In this document: positions 19,261 to 28,745 of the stretch, in pieces | Layout: each line of letters opens with the position of its first letter | Position numbering within the stretch: the first letter of the stretch is position 1 | Assembly (NCBI GenBank): GCA_965216565.1 | Contig: OZ244170.1 | Location: 928,001-992,000, forward strand | Reading direction: 5' to 3' | Source: Bythopirellula sp. | GTDB lineage: Bacteria; Planctomycetota; Planctomycetia; Pirellulales; Lacipirellulaceae | DNA length: 64,000 nucleotides | Program-made: the position numbers and the translations under genes | Notes under the pieces: model-generated | Seen by the model: only the letters and a program-made list of their open reading frames with translations | What the model was told of the DNA's origin: nothing | Database searches by the model: none

Positions 19261-20949
19261 ATGAACGCAGAAAAGATTTCTTACACGCAGCTTGTCGAAC
19301 TAGCCAAGACCCAGGGCTTTCTTACTTACGAACAAGCCAACGATTTTCTTCCCGACGAAGCAGAAGACTCCCGCCAGGTAGGAGTGATCCTCGATCTCGT
19401 CGACCGACTTGGAATCGAATTCCACGATACGAAGCGATATTCCCAACCCGTGGAACTCGACTCCCCGCAAGAGAACGACGGCGAGCGTCTATTTGCCGAA
19501 GAGCTTCCCAAGCTCACAGACGATCCGATTCGAATGTACCTCTCGCAAATGTGTCAGATTCCACTGTTGTCGCGAGAAGAGGAAATCACACTGGCCAAGA
19601 AGATTGAGCTGAGCCGCAAGCTGTTCCGTCGCGATTTGCTCCGCTCGTTCTTTGCTCTCGCATCGACGGTCGAAACCCTACAGCGAGTTCACGATGGCGA
19701 GTTGCCCTTTGACCGAACGATTAAGGTTTCGCTCACCGAGCGATTGACCAAAGAGCAGATTTCGGCACGTATGCCACAAAATCTCTCGACGCTTAATCAT
19801 CTGATGCAGCAGCAGCGTCAATATTTTGCTGTACTCACGAGTCGCTCGGCTTCCGCTGAAGCCAAGCAAGAAGCCCGCCAGAACTATCTCCGCGGCCGCA
19901 ACAAGATGCTGGAGCTAGCCGAAGAGTTGAGCCTGCGAACGCGTCGCGTACTCCCACTCATGGCTCAGCTGGAAGTGCTTTCTGAAAGAATGGACCGACT
20001 GCAGAAGCTGTTGGCCCAACTTCGAGAAGAAGGTGCCAGTGCATCGCGCATCGAGCCAGTGCGTCAAGAACTGCGAGATTTGATGATGCAGACGCTCGAG
20101 ACCCCATCAAGCCTCCGCAACCGCTGCAAGCGTCTCCGCAAGGCCCTGATCGAGTTTGAGCGTGTGAAGCGCGAGCTTTCCAGTGGAAATCTGCGCTTGG
20201 TTGTTTCCATCGCCAAGAAATACCGCAACCGTGGCATGAGCTTTTTGGATTTGATCCAAGAGGGCAACACAGGCCTGATGCGAGCGGTAGATAAATACGA
20301 GTATCGCCGTGGCTTCAAGTTTTCCACTTACGCTACCTGGTGGATCCGCCAGGCAATTACTCGTGCAATTGCCGATCAAGCCCGGACGATTCGTATCCCA
20401 GTGCATATGATCGACGTGCTCAGTAAGTTGCAACAAACCGCCAAGCGATTGCAGCACGAACTGGGTCGACTGCCGACCAACGAAGAAACGGCAAAGGCCG
20501 CGGGCATCGATCTGGAAGAGAGCCTGCACGTAATGGACATTGGTCGCACACCCGTTAGCCTTGATCGTCCCATTGGCGAAGGCGAAGACTGCAGCTTCGG
20601 CGAATTCGTCGAAGACTCCCACACCGAGAATCCTTTGAAGCTGGCCAATAACGGTTTGCTCCGCGAGAAAATTGAAGAACTGCTCAAGACGCTTACCTTC
20701 CGCGAGCGAGAAATCGTCCGGCTACGGTACGGCTTGACCGACGGCTACTGCTACACGCTGGAAGAGGTGGGCCGTATTTTCAAGGTGACCCGCGAGCGTG
20801 TTCGTCAAATCGAAGCCAAGGCGGTTGCCAAACTGCAGCACCCGGTTAGAAGTTCTGAACTCTCCGAGTACGTGGTGGATAGCCCTGTGATCTCCGAAGA
20901 AGAGGTTTGGGAAGAAGTCCCGGCAGAGCCGATCGCTGCCGCGGCTTAA
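19261..20949 (+). CDS. rpoD: RpoD-type primary sigma70 factor (alternative start at 19183)
   Basis: Region 1.1-like [56 protein letters not shown] and [16 protein letters not shown]. Follows dnaG. GAGG lies upstream of the ATG at 19261. Confidence 0.9.
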   Translation: MNAEKISYTQLVELAKTQGFLTYEQANDFLPDEAEDSRQVGVILDLVDRLGIEFHDTKRYSQPVELDSPQENDGERLFAEELPKLTDDPIRMYLSQMCQIPLLSREEEITLAKKIELSRKLFRRDLLRSFFALASTVETLQRVHDGELPFDRTIKVSLTERLTKEQISARMPQNLSTLNHLMQQQRQYFAVLTSRSASAEAKQEARQNYLRGRNKMLELAEELSLRTRRVLPLMAQLEVLSERMDRLQKLLAQLREEGASASRIEPVRQELRDLMMQTLETPSSLRNRCKRLRKALIEFERVKRELSSGNLRLVVSIAKKYRNRGMSFLDLIQEGNTGLMRAVDKYEYRRGFKFSTYATWWIRQAITRAIADQARTIRIPVHMIDVLSKLQQTAKRLQHELGRLPTNEETAKAAGIDLEESLHVMDIGRTPVSLDRPIGEGEDCSFGEFVEDSHTENPLKLANNGLLREKIEELLKTLTFREREIVRLRYGLTDGYCYTLEEVGRIFKVTRERVRQIEAKAVAKLQHPVRSSELSEYVVDSPVISEEEVWEEVPAEPIAAAA

Positions 20950-21007
20950 CGCAGTTTGGTTCCGTTCTTCGATTTTCCGTTCTTCAACTTCATAGCTAAG
21001 CACTAGC

Positions 21008-21047
21008 AACGTAGCCCCTCGAGTCTGTCGGGGGGCTACGTTTTTTT
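21008..21047 (+). terminator. Intrinsic terminator after rpoD
   Basis: AACGTAGCCCCTCGA / TCGGGGGGCTACGTT hairpin plus T7. Confidence 0.85.
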
Positions 21048-21359
21048 ATGCGGCAAATCTAGCGTTGCAGCAGGGAACTAGAACGCAGGGAACTAAAACT
21101 CCAACAAAAGCCGGAGACACACCTACACTAGCCGGAGGCACACATGCCTCCGGAGTCAACCAGCCCACGTCGCAATCCGTCGAATGCCACCCAAAGAGTG
21201 AAGAATGGTACTAGTCTCAATCAAGCGGGATTTGATGGGGCCTATTTCAAAACGAATTGGTCGCTACAATGAACGATTCACGCCCCAATCGAAAGCGGCG
21301 GCCAAGGGTGAGCCCAGCAAGGGTATGCCCAGACCTGGACCGCATCGAATATTCGGAGA

Positions 21360-22070
21360 ATGGTAATGACTGTTTCTGCTGCAGTGCTTCGCGAATTGCA
21401 CCGCATTCATCGTCAGCTTGCGGATTTGCGCGAGCGGCTCGACCGTGGTCCTCGGCAAATCAAAGCGCGAGAGGCCAATGTTCTCCAATGCGAGGCAAAC
21501 CTGGAATCTGCCGAGGAGAACGTCAAGCAAACCAAGTTGGCTTCGGATCAGAAACAGCTCGACCTGAAGTCGGGCGAACAGAAAATCGAAGACCTCAAGG
21601 CGAAACTCAATACCTCAAGTAGCAACACCGAGTATCAATCCTTCCTCGAACAAATTGCTGCCGCTGAAATGGCGAACAGTGTTCTGGCCGACGAAATCAT
21701 CGAAGCGCTTGAGAAGACCGACGAGTTAGAAGGAATCGTCGATGAAAGAAAGAAGCAAGTGGAATCCGCCAAGACCGAGCTGAGCAAATGCCGGGACTCG
21801 GTCACCAGCGAGTCGGAACTCATTCGCGCCGATATCGCACGACTAGAAGGCGAGCTAATCGAGATCGAAAAAGAGATTCCCGGCGAAGCCAAGGAAGACT
21901 ACCGCCGTGTAATCCGCAGCAAAGGGGCCGATGGGATGGCCGAGGCTCAGGATTGCGTATGCCTAGGTTGCGGCAACAAAATTACGCTCAACATGCAAAA
22001 TGAATTAATGCTTTCCAAACCGGTATTCTGCAAGTCTTGCGGCTGCCTGCTCTACACGGGTGAAGAGTAG
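21360..22070 (+). CDS. Coiled-coil protein with a C-terminal C4 zinc ribbon (DUF164-like)
   Basis: Long heptad coiled coil ending in CLGC...CKSCG. Confidence 0.85.
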   Translation: MVMTVSAAVLRELHRIHRQLADLRERLDRGPRQIKAREANVLQCEANLESAEENVKQTKLASDQKQLDLKSGEQKIEDLKAKLNTSSSNTEYQSFLEQIAAAEMANSVLADEIIEALEKTDELEGIVDERKKQVESAKTELSKCRDSVTSESELIRADIARLEGELIEIEKEIPGEAKEDYRRVIRSKGADGMAEAQDCVCLGCGNKITLNMQNELMLSKPVFCKSCGCLLYTGEE

Positions 22071-22130
22071 GTTTCGAGAGAGGAAAGCGGACCAGCCCGC
22101 GACTGCCGCCCTAGGCCCCAAAAAATTGGC

Positions 22131-22159
22131 TTTACACCGGTTCTCGCAAGCGGCACAAT
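22131..22159 (+). promoter_or_regulatory. Sigma70-type promoter of greA
   Basis: TTTACA-N17-CACAAT. Confidence 0.6.
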
Positions 22160-22187
22160 AGTAACTTCAAATGGTGCGATTTAGATT

Positions 22188-22218
22188 AGGTCTTCCGCAA
22201 GGGAGGCCTGTTTTATTT
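22188..22218 (+). terminator. Leader terminator/attenuator upstream of greA
   Basis: AGGTCTTCC-GCAA-GGGAGGCCT hairpin followed by GTTTTATTT, between the promoter and the RBS. Confidence 0.6.
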
Positions 22219-22239
22219 GATACTAGCAAGAGGTTTTTT

Positions 22240-22719
22240 ATGTCCGATAGCATGCCCATGACCCGCACTGGTTACGACAAACTGAGGGCGGAACTTAATG
22301 ATATGGAAAACGAACAAATGCCGCTGATCGAAAAGCGGATTGCTGCGGCACGTGCCGAGGGCGACCTCAGCGAGAACGCAGAGTACCACGGCGCTCGCGA
22401 AAGCCAAGGCATGCTGCAAGCTAAGATCAACCTTCTGAAAGACAAGCTGAATCGAGCCGAAATCGTCGACATGTCTACACTTCCAAAAGATCAGGTCGTG
22501 TTTGGCGTAACCGTCAAAGTGAAAGACTTGGAATTTGGTGACGACGAAGAGTTCACCCTCGTCGGTGCGGGCGAGGAGGACTACGACAACGGCAAGATCC
22601 TGATCACCAGCCCCTTAGGCCAAGGTCTGATAGGTAAGAAAGTCGGCGATGTTGCCGAAATCGAAGTCCCGGCTGGCACCAACCGCTTCGAGATCCTCGA
22701 ATTGCGGTTTGACGAGTAA
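22240..22719 (+). CDS. greA: Transcription elongation factor GreA
   Basis: [14 protein letters not shown] and [23 protein letters not shown] before the ATG at 22240. Confidence 0.96.
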   Translation: MSDSMPMTRTGYDKLRAELNDMENEQMPLIEKRIAAARAEGDLSENAEYHGARESQGMLQAKINLLKDKLNRAEIVDMSTLPKDQVVFGVTVKVKDLEFGDDEEFTLVGAGEEDYDNGKILITSPLGQGLIGKKVGDVAEIEVPAGTNRFEILELRFDE

Positions 22720-22825
22720 GTCGGAGCCTCGGGCTTTGCGCTACGACTCATCGCGAATTCAATTCTTAGCGTAAGAACACTCGCGATCCGACGGATCCCC
22801 GGGCTGTCGTTTCATCTCCCGACAT

Positions 22826-22859
22826 AAAAAAACGGTTGGCTGCTTCATGCAACCAACCG
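22826..22859 (-). terminator. Intrinsic terminator after the PEP-CTERM gene
   Basis: CGGTTGG...CCAACCG hairpin preceded by A7 on the + strand. Confidence 0.7.
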
Positions 22860-22897
22860 CAGGGGAAAAAAGAGTTTTTGCACTCTCAATGGGCTAC

Positions 22898-23575
22898 TTA
22901 ACAGCGACGTCGGGTCACTGGGACTGCCATTAGGCCAGCAAAAAGTAAAGCGATGCTGGCAGGTTCAGGAACAAATAGCTGGCCAACGTTCGGGGCACCT
23001 GGAGTTTGAAGTAGGTCTTCTACCCAGAAGAAATCGGCAGCTGCTTGACCAGGGCCACCTGTAAGACCAAGTGACAATCCGGCTACCGTACTAGTAGTTT
23101 CTTCGACACCAATGTCGGTCGAGGTTTCACCAGCAGCAATGCCACCGCTGTTAGGATCTGCAGTGAAGGCACCTTCGTACGACAAGAATTGAACAACACT
23201 GTTGTTCACAACGTCTACCAGGGCAATGCCATCGGGACTACCATTCTGAATACCAGAAACCAATTCGGTGTAAAACGTGAACGTGTTGGCTCCCACAGTA
23301 AGAGGATTGATCACACTGAAAGTGTCAAGCGTGCCTGTAGTGTTATAGAGGCTGCCGTTAGATCCGTTATAGAATTCCAAAGCATAGCTAGAAGCGGTCT
23401 CGCCACTACCATTTGGCGTTCGAATCACGACTTCAACTTGCTCGTTGACATCTGCTCCGGCGTTATCGTAGTGAATTTCGTTGATCCAGATGTGGTCAGC
23501 TAAAGCTGTACCGGCGATGAGTGGCAGGCACAGAAGTGCTGCGACTATAGGTTTCACAGAATTTCCAAATCGCAT
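22898..23575 (-). CDS. PEP-CTERM surface protein with a lamin-tail-like domain
   Basis: Signal peptide, WINEIHYDNAGAD.E.VE motif and C-terminal VPEPAS-TM-RRR. ATG at 23575 with GAGGGAG RBS. Confidence 0.88.
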   Translation of the reverse strand: MRFGNSVKPIVAALLCLPLIAGTALADHIWINEIHYDNAGADVNEQVEVVIRTPNGSGETASSYALEFYNGSNGSLYNTTGTLDTFSVINPLTVGANTFTFYTELVSGIQNGSPDGIALVDVVNNSVVQFLSYEGAFTADPNSGGIAAGETSTDIGVEETTSTVAGLSLGLTGGPGQAAADFFWVEDLLQTPGAPNVGQLFVPEPASIALLFAGLMAVPVTRRRC

Positions 23576-23955
23576 GTTTGGCTCCCTCATTAACAGGTTC
23601 CTAAAAAGGCAAACTGACAAAGTAGAGATTAGATCAATCTCAGTAGAAAACTTCGTCTTATTAGGAAGTACGCAACTGCTTCGCAAACAGATGCAACTAA
23701 TTGCCACATATATTCGGAAAGATAAATACTACTTGCAGAAAGAGTGTGTAAGCGCAGGCGACAATTTGTCGTGATAGATCCTGACAAACGTTTGTCTCAA
23801 ACCGCTCCGCAAACTTAGACGTCGCGAACACAAATAGCACTACAACACTATTGTTTGTTCGTATGGTGCACTAATCACTTCGTATTCAGATCCTATGCGC
23901 GAGATATAGCTTGCACATTTAGAGACGGCCCAGGATGATAACTTCTGGCGAACCG

Positions 23956-24954
23956 TTATTCCACCGAAAACCCATACACGCATACGTGCCGATATGTTTC
24001 CCCTGGCCGTAGCACGGTCGACGGGAAGTCTGGCTTGTTGGGCGAATCAGGAAAGTGTTGTGTCTCTAGACAGAACGCCGAGTGACCGGGATAAGTTTTT
24101 CCCGCCTTAGCAGTCTGACCCGCCAGGAAGTTCCCCGTGTAAAACTGCACACCAGGTTGGTCAGTTTCGACGGTGAGCACGCGGCCTGACTTCGGCGCGC
24201 AGACCTCGGCAATCTTCCGAACGGTCCCGACTTTGCCGTTGAGAACGTAGTTGTGGTCGTAACCGCCCGCAGGTGTTTCGACAAGTTCGCCGATGCGAGC
24301 ACCGATTTTCAAGGGAGTACGGAAGTCAAACGGGGTGCCGTCAACTTTTGCTATCTCGCCGGTTGGAATTGAAGTGTCGTCAGTCGGTGTATAACGATCC
24401 GCGTCGATCCAAACCACGTGGTCCAGGATATCGCCTTCGCCGTGGCCAGCCAGATTGAAGTAACTGTGATTAGTTAAATTCACGATCGTCGGTTTGTCGG
24501 TAGTTGCGGTGTACTCGATCTGTACTGCATTTTCGTCGGTGAGCGTATAGGTCACTTCCACATTGAGCGTACCCGGGAACGATTCCTGGCCGTCGGGGCT
24601 CGTGTAGTTGAACTTCACGCCGTTGCCATCTGCGAGAGGCTCGCCTTGCCACTCGACCTTGTCGAGCGCCTCGTTCGGTCCGCCGTGTAGGTGGTTGGGT
24701 CCATTGTTAATGGCTAGCTGATACTCCGTGCCGTCCAACTCAAATTTTCCGTTAGCAATGCGGTTGGCATAGCGACCGGTGGTGGCGCCGAAGTGCTGGT
24801 TCGCTTTGGTGGAGTAGCCCGATGCATCGTCGAAACCCAATACGACGTCCGCGAGGTTGCCATCACGGTCTGGCACATGCAGTTCGGTAAGCGTCGCTCC
24901 GCGACTGATCCATTTGGCCTTGGTTCCGTGTGAGTTGGTAGCCGTGAATTCCAT
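23956..24954 (-). CDS. galM: Aldose 1-epimerase (galactose mutarotase)
   Basis: GRYANRI, NHLHGG, NLTNHSYFNL, GYDHNY, QFYTGN and CLETQHFPDSPN. Confidence 0.93.
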   Translation of the reverse strand: MEFTATNSHGTKAKWISRGATLTELHVPDRDGNLADVVLGFDDASGYSTKANQHFGATTGRYANRIANGKFELDGTEYQLAINNGPNHLHGGPNEALDKVEWQGEPLADGNGVKFNYTSPDGQESFPGTLNVEVTYTLTDENAVQIEYTATTDKPTIVNLTNHSYFNLAGHGEGDILDHVVWIDADRYTPTDDTSIPTGEIAKVDGTPFDFRTPLKIGARIGELVETPAGGYDHNYVLNGKVGTVRKIAEVCAPKSGRVLTVETDQPGVQFYTGNFLAGQTAKAGKTYPGHSAFCLETQHFPDSPNKPDFPSTVLRPGETYRHVCVYGFSVE

Positions 24955-25000
24955 AGTCAACCTGAGGTGATTCGATTAGTGCTGAAGTTGGTTTCAATAG

Positions 25001-25089
25001 TCCCTCTCCTCATGGGGAGAGGTTAGAAGAGGAATGCGAAGCATAAAAAGCTCTACACTCCCCTAAAACCTCCCTGGAAGGGAAGGGGA
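25001..25089. repeat. CCCTCTCC...GGGAGAGG-type palindromic repeat doublet
   Basis: Two purine/pyrimidine-rich hairpins with the same architecture as 45146-45237. Confidence 0.6.
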
Positions 25090-25137
25090 TTTGACTAGTC
25101 GGATTATCACGCAAGTGAGGTTGTGTACGCAACTGCC

Positions 25138-25172
25138 AAAAAAAAGAGCCGTGGCAGATGTGCCACGGCTCT
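25138..25172 (-). terminator. Intrinsic terminator after the RTX gene
   Basis: Perfect 12-bp stem AGAGCCGTGGCA-gatg-TGCCACGGCTCT with A8 on the + strand. Confidence 0.88.
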
Positions 25173-25202
25173 CTCAAGATCGCTATCCTAGACTAGCAAC
25201 TA

Positions 25203-26735
25203 CTAGACGAACACGTCGAACGGATCGACATCGAAGCCATCCAGGTTGTCGACCAACAAGAAGTCGACTTCGCCGTCAGCGGCATCGAGCTTGTCTTCGC
25301 CCGCGTCGCCGGCCATGTAGTCGGTGCCCGACCCGCCGTGCAACGCATCGCTACCGCGACCGCCACTCAGGCTGTCGTTCCCCGAGCCACCTCGGAGTAC
25401 GTCGCCGTGCAAGCCACCTTCGACGATGTCGTTGCCACGTCCGCCGAAGAGGCGATCGTTGCCACGCATGCCGCGAATGGTATCGTTGCCAGCCGCACCG
25501 ACCATCAGGTCGTTGCCAACGCCGCCATCCATCACGTCGTTTCCAGCACCGCCGTGCATGGCGTCATCGCCACCGTCGCCAAACATCGTATCATCTCCCC
25601 ACATGCCGAGGAGAATGTCGTTGCCGCGACCGCCGTAGATGACATCATTGCCGAGAATCTGCTCCGTCACCGAACTTGCCAATACCGAGGACATCTCGGC
25701 ATCGATCGCTCGGAACACCTCATCGGCTTCTGGGAGGCCTTCGCGAACGATCTCAGCCTCGACTGCAGGCTCTTCGATCGGGTCGCCGGGCGAGTCGTCT
25801 AAGGCATGGAACGGATCGCCCACGATCACATCGTGACCCAGTCCGCCGCTGAGCTTATCACTGCCAAACCCACCGAGAATAAAGTCGCCGTGTCCGCCGC
25901 CACGAACACCATCGTCGCCCATGCCACCGACAATAATGTCGGCACCATTCCCACCGTAGGCAAGATCATCGCCATTGCCAGTGAGGATAATGTCGTGTCC
26001 GTCGCCGCCCATCACCAAGTCTTCGCCGGTATTCGTGTTGGTGTAATTGAGCGCGTAATGAACGAGACCCTGGTAATCGTCCGGCACATCGTTCGTAGCA
26101 TCGCCGAACAGCCAGTCGTTGCCAATGCCTCCATTGACATTGTCGTTACCGGCACCGCCAGCAATGGCATCGTCTCCCTGGCCTCCACGCAGGTTGTCGT
26201 CGCCCATACCACCCGCGATAGCATCGTTGCCGAGCCCGCCATTGATGTTGTCGTTGCCAGCACCGCCAATGATCAGATCGTTTCCGGCACCTCCACCAAT
26301 GCGGTCGTTATCTGCACCTCCACGGATGTAGTCGTGTCCAGAGCCGCCGACGATGGTGTCCTCACCCTCGCCACCGAAGATTTGAGTCCATTGGAAGACG
26401 CTTTCATCGATGCCAACATGGTCGTTGCCACCCTTGGCGAGGACATAGATTCCGTCGATGTCGTCGCTGTTGAAAGTGCTTGCCTCGCCGTTGACGACTA
26501 CGTGCAGGACATTTTCATCGTCGACAAACGCGCGAATGACGTCGTCTCCCTCGGTACCCTCGGCAATCACCACCCCGATGGGTGGGTCTTCGAGATCGAC
26601 TTCGATAAATTGTTCCGCATCGGTAACTGCCAGATCGGCAGCGAGTAAAGCGCGAGTTTCAAGAGATTCGAATCGTGCCTTTCGGTTAGCGAAAGAAGAG
26701 AAAGATTTTCGCGATGAGAAATTGGACTTAGACAT
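25203..26735 (-). CDS. Calcium-binding RTX (GGxGxD) repeat protein with a planctomycete-type LExRxLLA leader
   Basis: Numerous GGxGND nonapeptides and N-terminal RKARFESLETRALLA. ATG at 26735 with GGAG RBS. Confidence 0.9.
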   Translation of the reverse strand: MSKSNFSSRKSFSSFANRKARFESLETRALLAADLAVTDAEQFIEVDLEDPPIGVVIAEGTEGDDVIRAFVDDENVLHVVVNGEASTFNSDDIDGIYVLAKGGNDHVGIDESVFQWTQIFGGEGEDTIVGGSGHDYIRGGADNDRIGGGAGNDLIIGGAGNDNINGGLGNDAIAGGMGDDNLRGGQGDDAIAGGAGNDNVNGGIGNDWLFGDATNDVPDDYQGLVHYALNYTNTNTGEDLVMGGDGHDIILTGNGDDLAYGGNGADIIVGGMGDDGVRGGGHGDFILGGFGSDKLSGGLGHDVIVGDPFHALDDSPGDPIEEPAVEAEIVREGLPEADEVFRAIDAEMSSVLASSVTEQILGNDVIYGGRGNDILLGMWGDDTMFGDGGDDAMHGGAGNDVMDGGVGNDLMVGAAGNDTIRGMRGNDRLFGGRGNDIVEGGLHGDVLRGGSGNDSLSGGRGSDALHGGSGTDYMAGDAGEDKLDAADGEVDFLLVDNLDGFDVDPFDVFV

Positions 26736-26951
26736 TTGGGTAGTTCTCCGTTCAAAGTTAACCCCAGATAGTTTGCCCCAGATTTCCGTTGCCATTGGCT
26801 CTGCGCGTACCGGTAGCGCAAAACAATTCGCAATTTTTTCGTCGCAGCTGAGTAGCGCTAGCTTCACGTATAGAAACTAAGCGCAGTTACCCGTTCCGTA
26901 ATGCTGCTACTTGATGAAACACGCATTGAGCGAAGAAGTTGCGAACCTTGC

Positions 26952-27110
26952 AAAAAAAAGCCAATCGCCCCGACTGACCTATCTCTCTCGGCAGACCGCT
27001 GAGCCCCCGTCCATGCTGTCTGCAGTGCACTAGAACGTGCTTATTGGTTCAGATCCGCGCCCCCGTTGCGCGACCTGAAGTGAAAAGTGCCAGCACCGAA
27101 GTGCCGTACT
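26952..27110 (-). ncRNA. Candidate structured small RNA or leader RNA, family unknown
   Basis: Lies between a near-consensus promoter and a hairpin+T8 terminator. Five predicted hairpins, including a C(UUCG)G tetraloop and three CGGGG-containing loops. Confidence 0.6.
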
Positions 27111-27116
27111 ATTTTG

Positions 27117-27145
27117 ATAGTATTTTCTGCCACTTCCTAAGTCAA
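27117..27145 (-). promoter_or_regulatory. Sigma70-type promoter
   Basis: TTGACT-N17-TACTAT on the minus strand. Confidence 0.7.
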
Positions 27146-27163
27146 GAGAAATGATGGAAGTTT

Positions 27164-27298
27164 ATAGAACCAGTTTCAGAATTCAAAATAGCCCTATGTG
27201 AGCCGACGGCGCTAGCCGCAGGTAGCCTAGGTCTAAGTGTTATTCTGGTGCTACCCGACGCTAGCGCGTTCGGCTCATTGATTTGGAACTGCTTCTAG
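27164..27298. mobile_element. MITE-like element, copy A (TAGAA.CAGTTTC...AACTGCTTCTAG) with an internal REP-like hairpin
   Basis: Terminal inverted repeats with (A/C)TAG ends. About 85% identical by manual alignment to 45255-45390. Confidence 0.8.
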
Positions 27299-27459
27299 AG
27301 AAAAATAAGTATAGCCATCAGCCAGATCGCAGGGTTCCAACCTAGACCTAGGGCGGCGTTACACTTGCCCCAGGCTACGGTGAGAGAAGCCGTCGGCCAA
27401 AAACACATTCCATCGAATTTGAATTTTGAACCCACTTCAACCTTCAAAATTCGAACTTC

Positions 27460-28521
27460 TCACTTCGTCATCGCAGCTTGGGAGATCTTGTCGCCGATCA
27501 TCGCAATCTTCTGGTCCCGCAGTCGCTTTTCGTTGAGCCAGTAAGGACTAGTGATTTCTTTGAAGGCATAGATTGCGGCCTGAATACCCTCGGCCCAGGC
27601 GACGGTCACTAGCTTGATATCGCCATGCACATCTCCGACCGCAAAGATGCCTCGCCGGCTCGTTTCGAAGTAGGGATCGACAGCAATGCTGCCGTCCTCG
27701 TTCAGCCGTAAGTCGAGACGCTGAAAGGTTTCTTTGGCTGAAAGAAACCCGATTTGCACAATGATGTAATCAGCTTCGAGTTGCTGATCGTCTGACGTGG
27801 CAAGCGCAATTTCGCCGGCTTCGTACCACGCCTTCGAAACCTCGCAGTTCAGATGAACTTTTCCGCCCGAACTTTGCACCCGGGCGACCGAATCGGACTT
27901 GGCTAGCGGAACATCCTCACGGACAAGCACATTGACCTTGGCATTTCGCTCCAGTGCCATCACGGCTGCGTCGAAGGCCGAGTCGCCGCCACCTACGACG
28001 ACAACCTGCTTCTCGCTATAGTCACCAATCTTGGGCACCTTGTAATAGACGCTCTTCGATTGAAGCTCGTCCAGCACTGGCAACTTCCGCGGATAGTGCA
28101 GCAAGCCGCAAGCGATGATCACCTTGCGGCACAGGTACTCACCGTTCTTCGTGATGACGCGTTTGAGCAACTCGTCTTTTTCCGTTTGATCCGTCTCTTC
28201 AATGGCCACCAACTCGTCGTTGAAGCGAAATTGCACCATGGCATCGACGGCCTGCCGATAGGTCCGATCGCTTAGTTCTTCGCCGCTAATGCCGTCGGGA
28301 AATCCGGGGATGTCGACAATCTTTTTGTCGGCATACAAAAACTGTGGCTGACCTCCCGGCTTGTCCTTCGCCTCGATCACCAGCGTGGTGAGGGCCCGAT
28401 GGGCTGTCGTCAGGCTCGCCGCCAGGCCTGCTGGACCGGCGCCGATAATCACCACATCCCAATAGGCAAGTTTGTCGAAGTCTAACTCGTGATCTAACTC
28501 AGTGACCTTAAAGTCGGCCAT
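27460..28521 (-). CDS. TrxR-fold FAD/NAD(P)H oxidoreductase lacking CxxC (ferredoxin--NADP reductase-like)
   Basis: IIGAGPAG, VVGGGDSAFD and GIFAVGD. No redox-active CxxC in the NADPH domain. Confidence 0.8.
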   Translation of the reverse strand: MADFKVTELDHELDFDKLAYWDVVIIGAGPAGLAASLTTAHRALTTLVIEAKDKPGGQPQFLYADKKIVDIPGFPDGISGEELSDRTYRQAVDAMVQFRFNDELVAIEETDQTEKDELLKRVITKNGEYLCRKVIIACGLLHYPRKLPVLDELQSKSVYYKVPKIGDYSEKQVVVVGGGDSAFDAAVMALERNAKVNVLVREDVPLAKSDSVARVQSSGGKVHLNCEVSKAWYEAGEIALATSDDQQLEADYIIVQIGFLSAKETFQRLDLRLNEDGSIAVDPYFETSRRGIFAVGDVHGDIKLVTVAWAEGIQAAIYAFKEITSPYWLNEKRLRDQKIAMIGDKISQAAMTK

Positions 28522-28745
28522 AGTTCAGTTCCTTGTCTTATCATGGTGACACCCGCTAGCCGCATTGGTTCGCAGTAGAATTTGCCATCGCCACGCCGCC
28601 GCAGTCCAACCGCCCCTGAAGACGCCGCAAGGCTCAGAATCCGTTTCGCCCGAACCTCGATTTAACGTATAATGACAGAGGTCAAGCGGCTTGCAAATAG
28701 GCCGCGGATTATCCGAGGCACTGGAGCAGTCCGCTGGAGAGAATT

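Noticed and set aside
25091..26880. Several plus-strand ORFs over the RTX gene
   Set aside because: Antisense shadows of the Gly/Asp repeat codons.
26978..27013. 11-codon mini-ORF (MDGGSAVCRER) inside the candidate sRNA
   Set aside because: No RBS and the start is buried in a hairpin; cannot be supported as a leader peptide.
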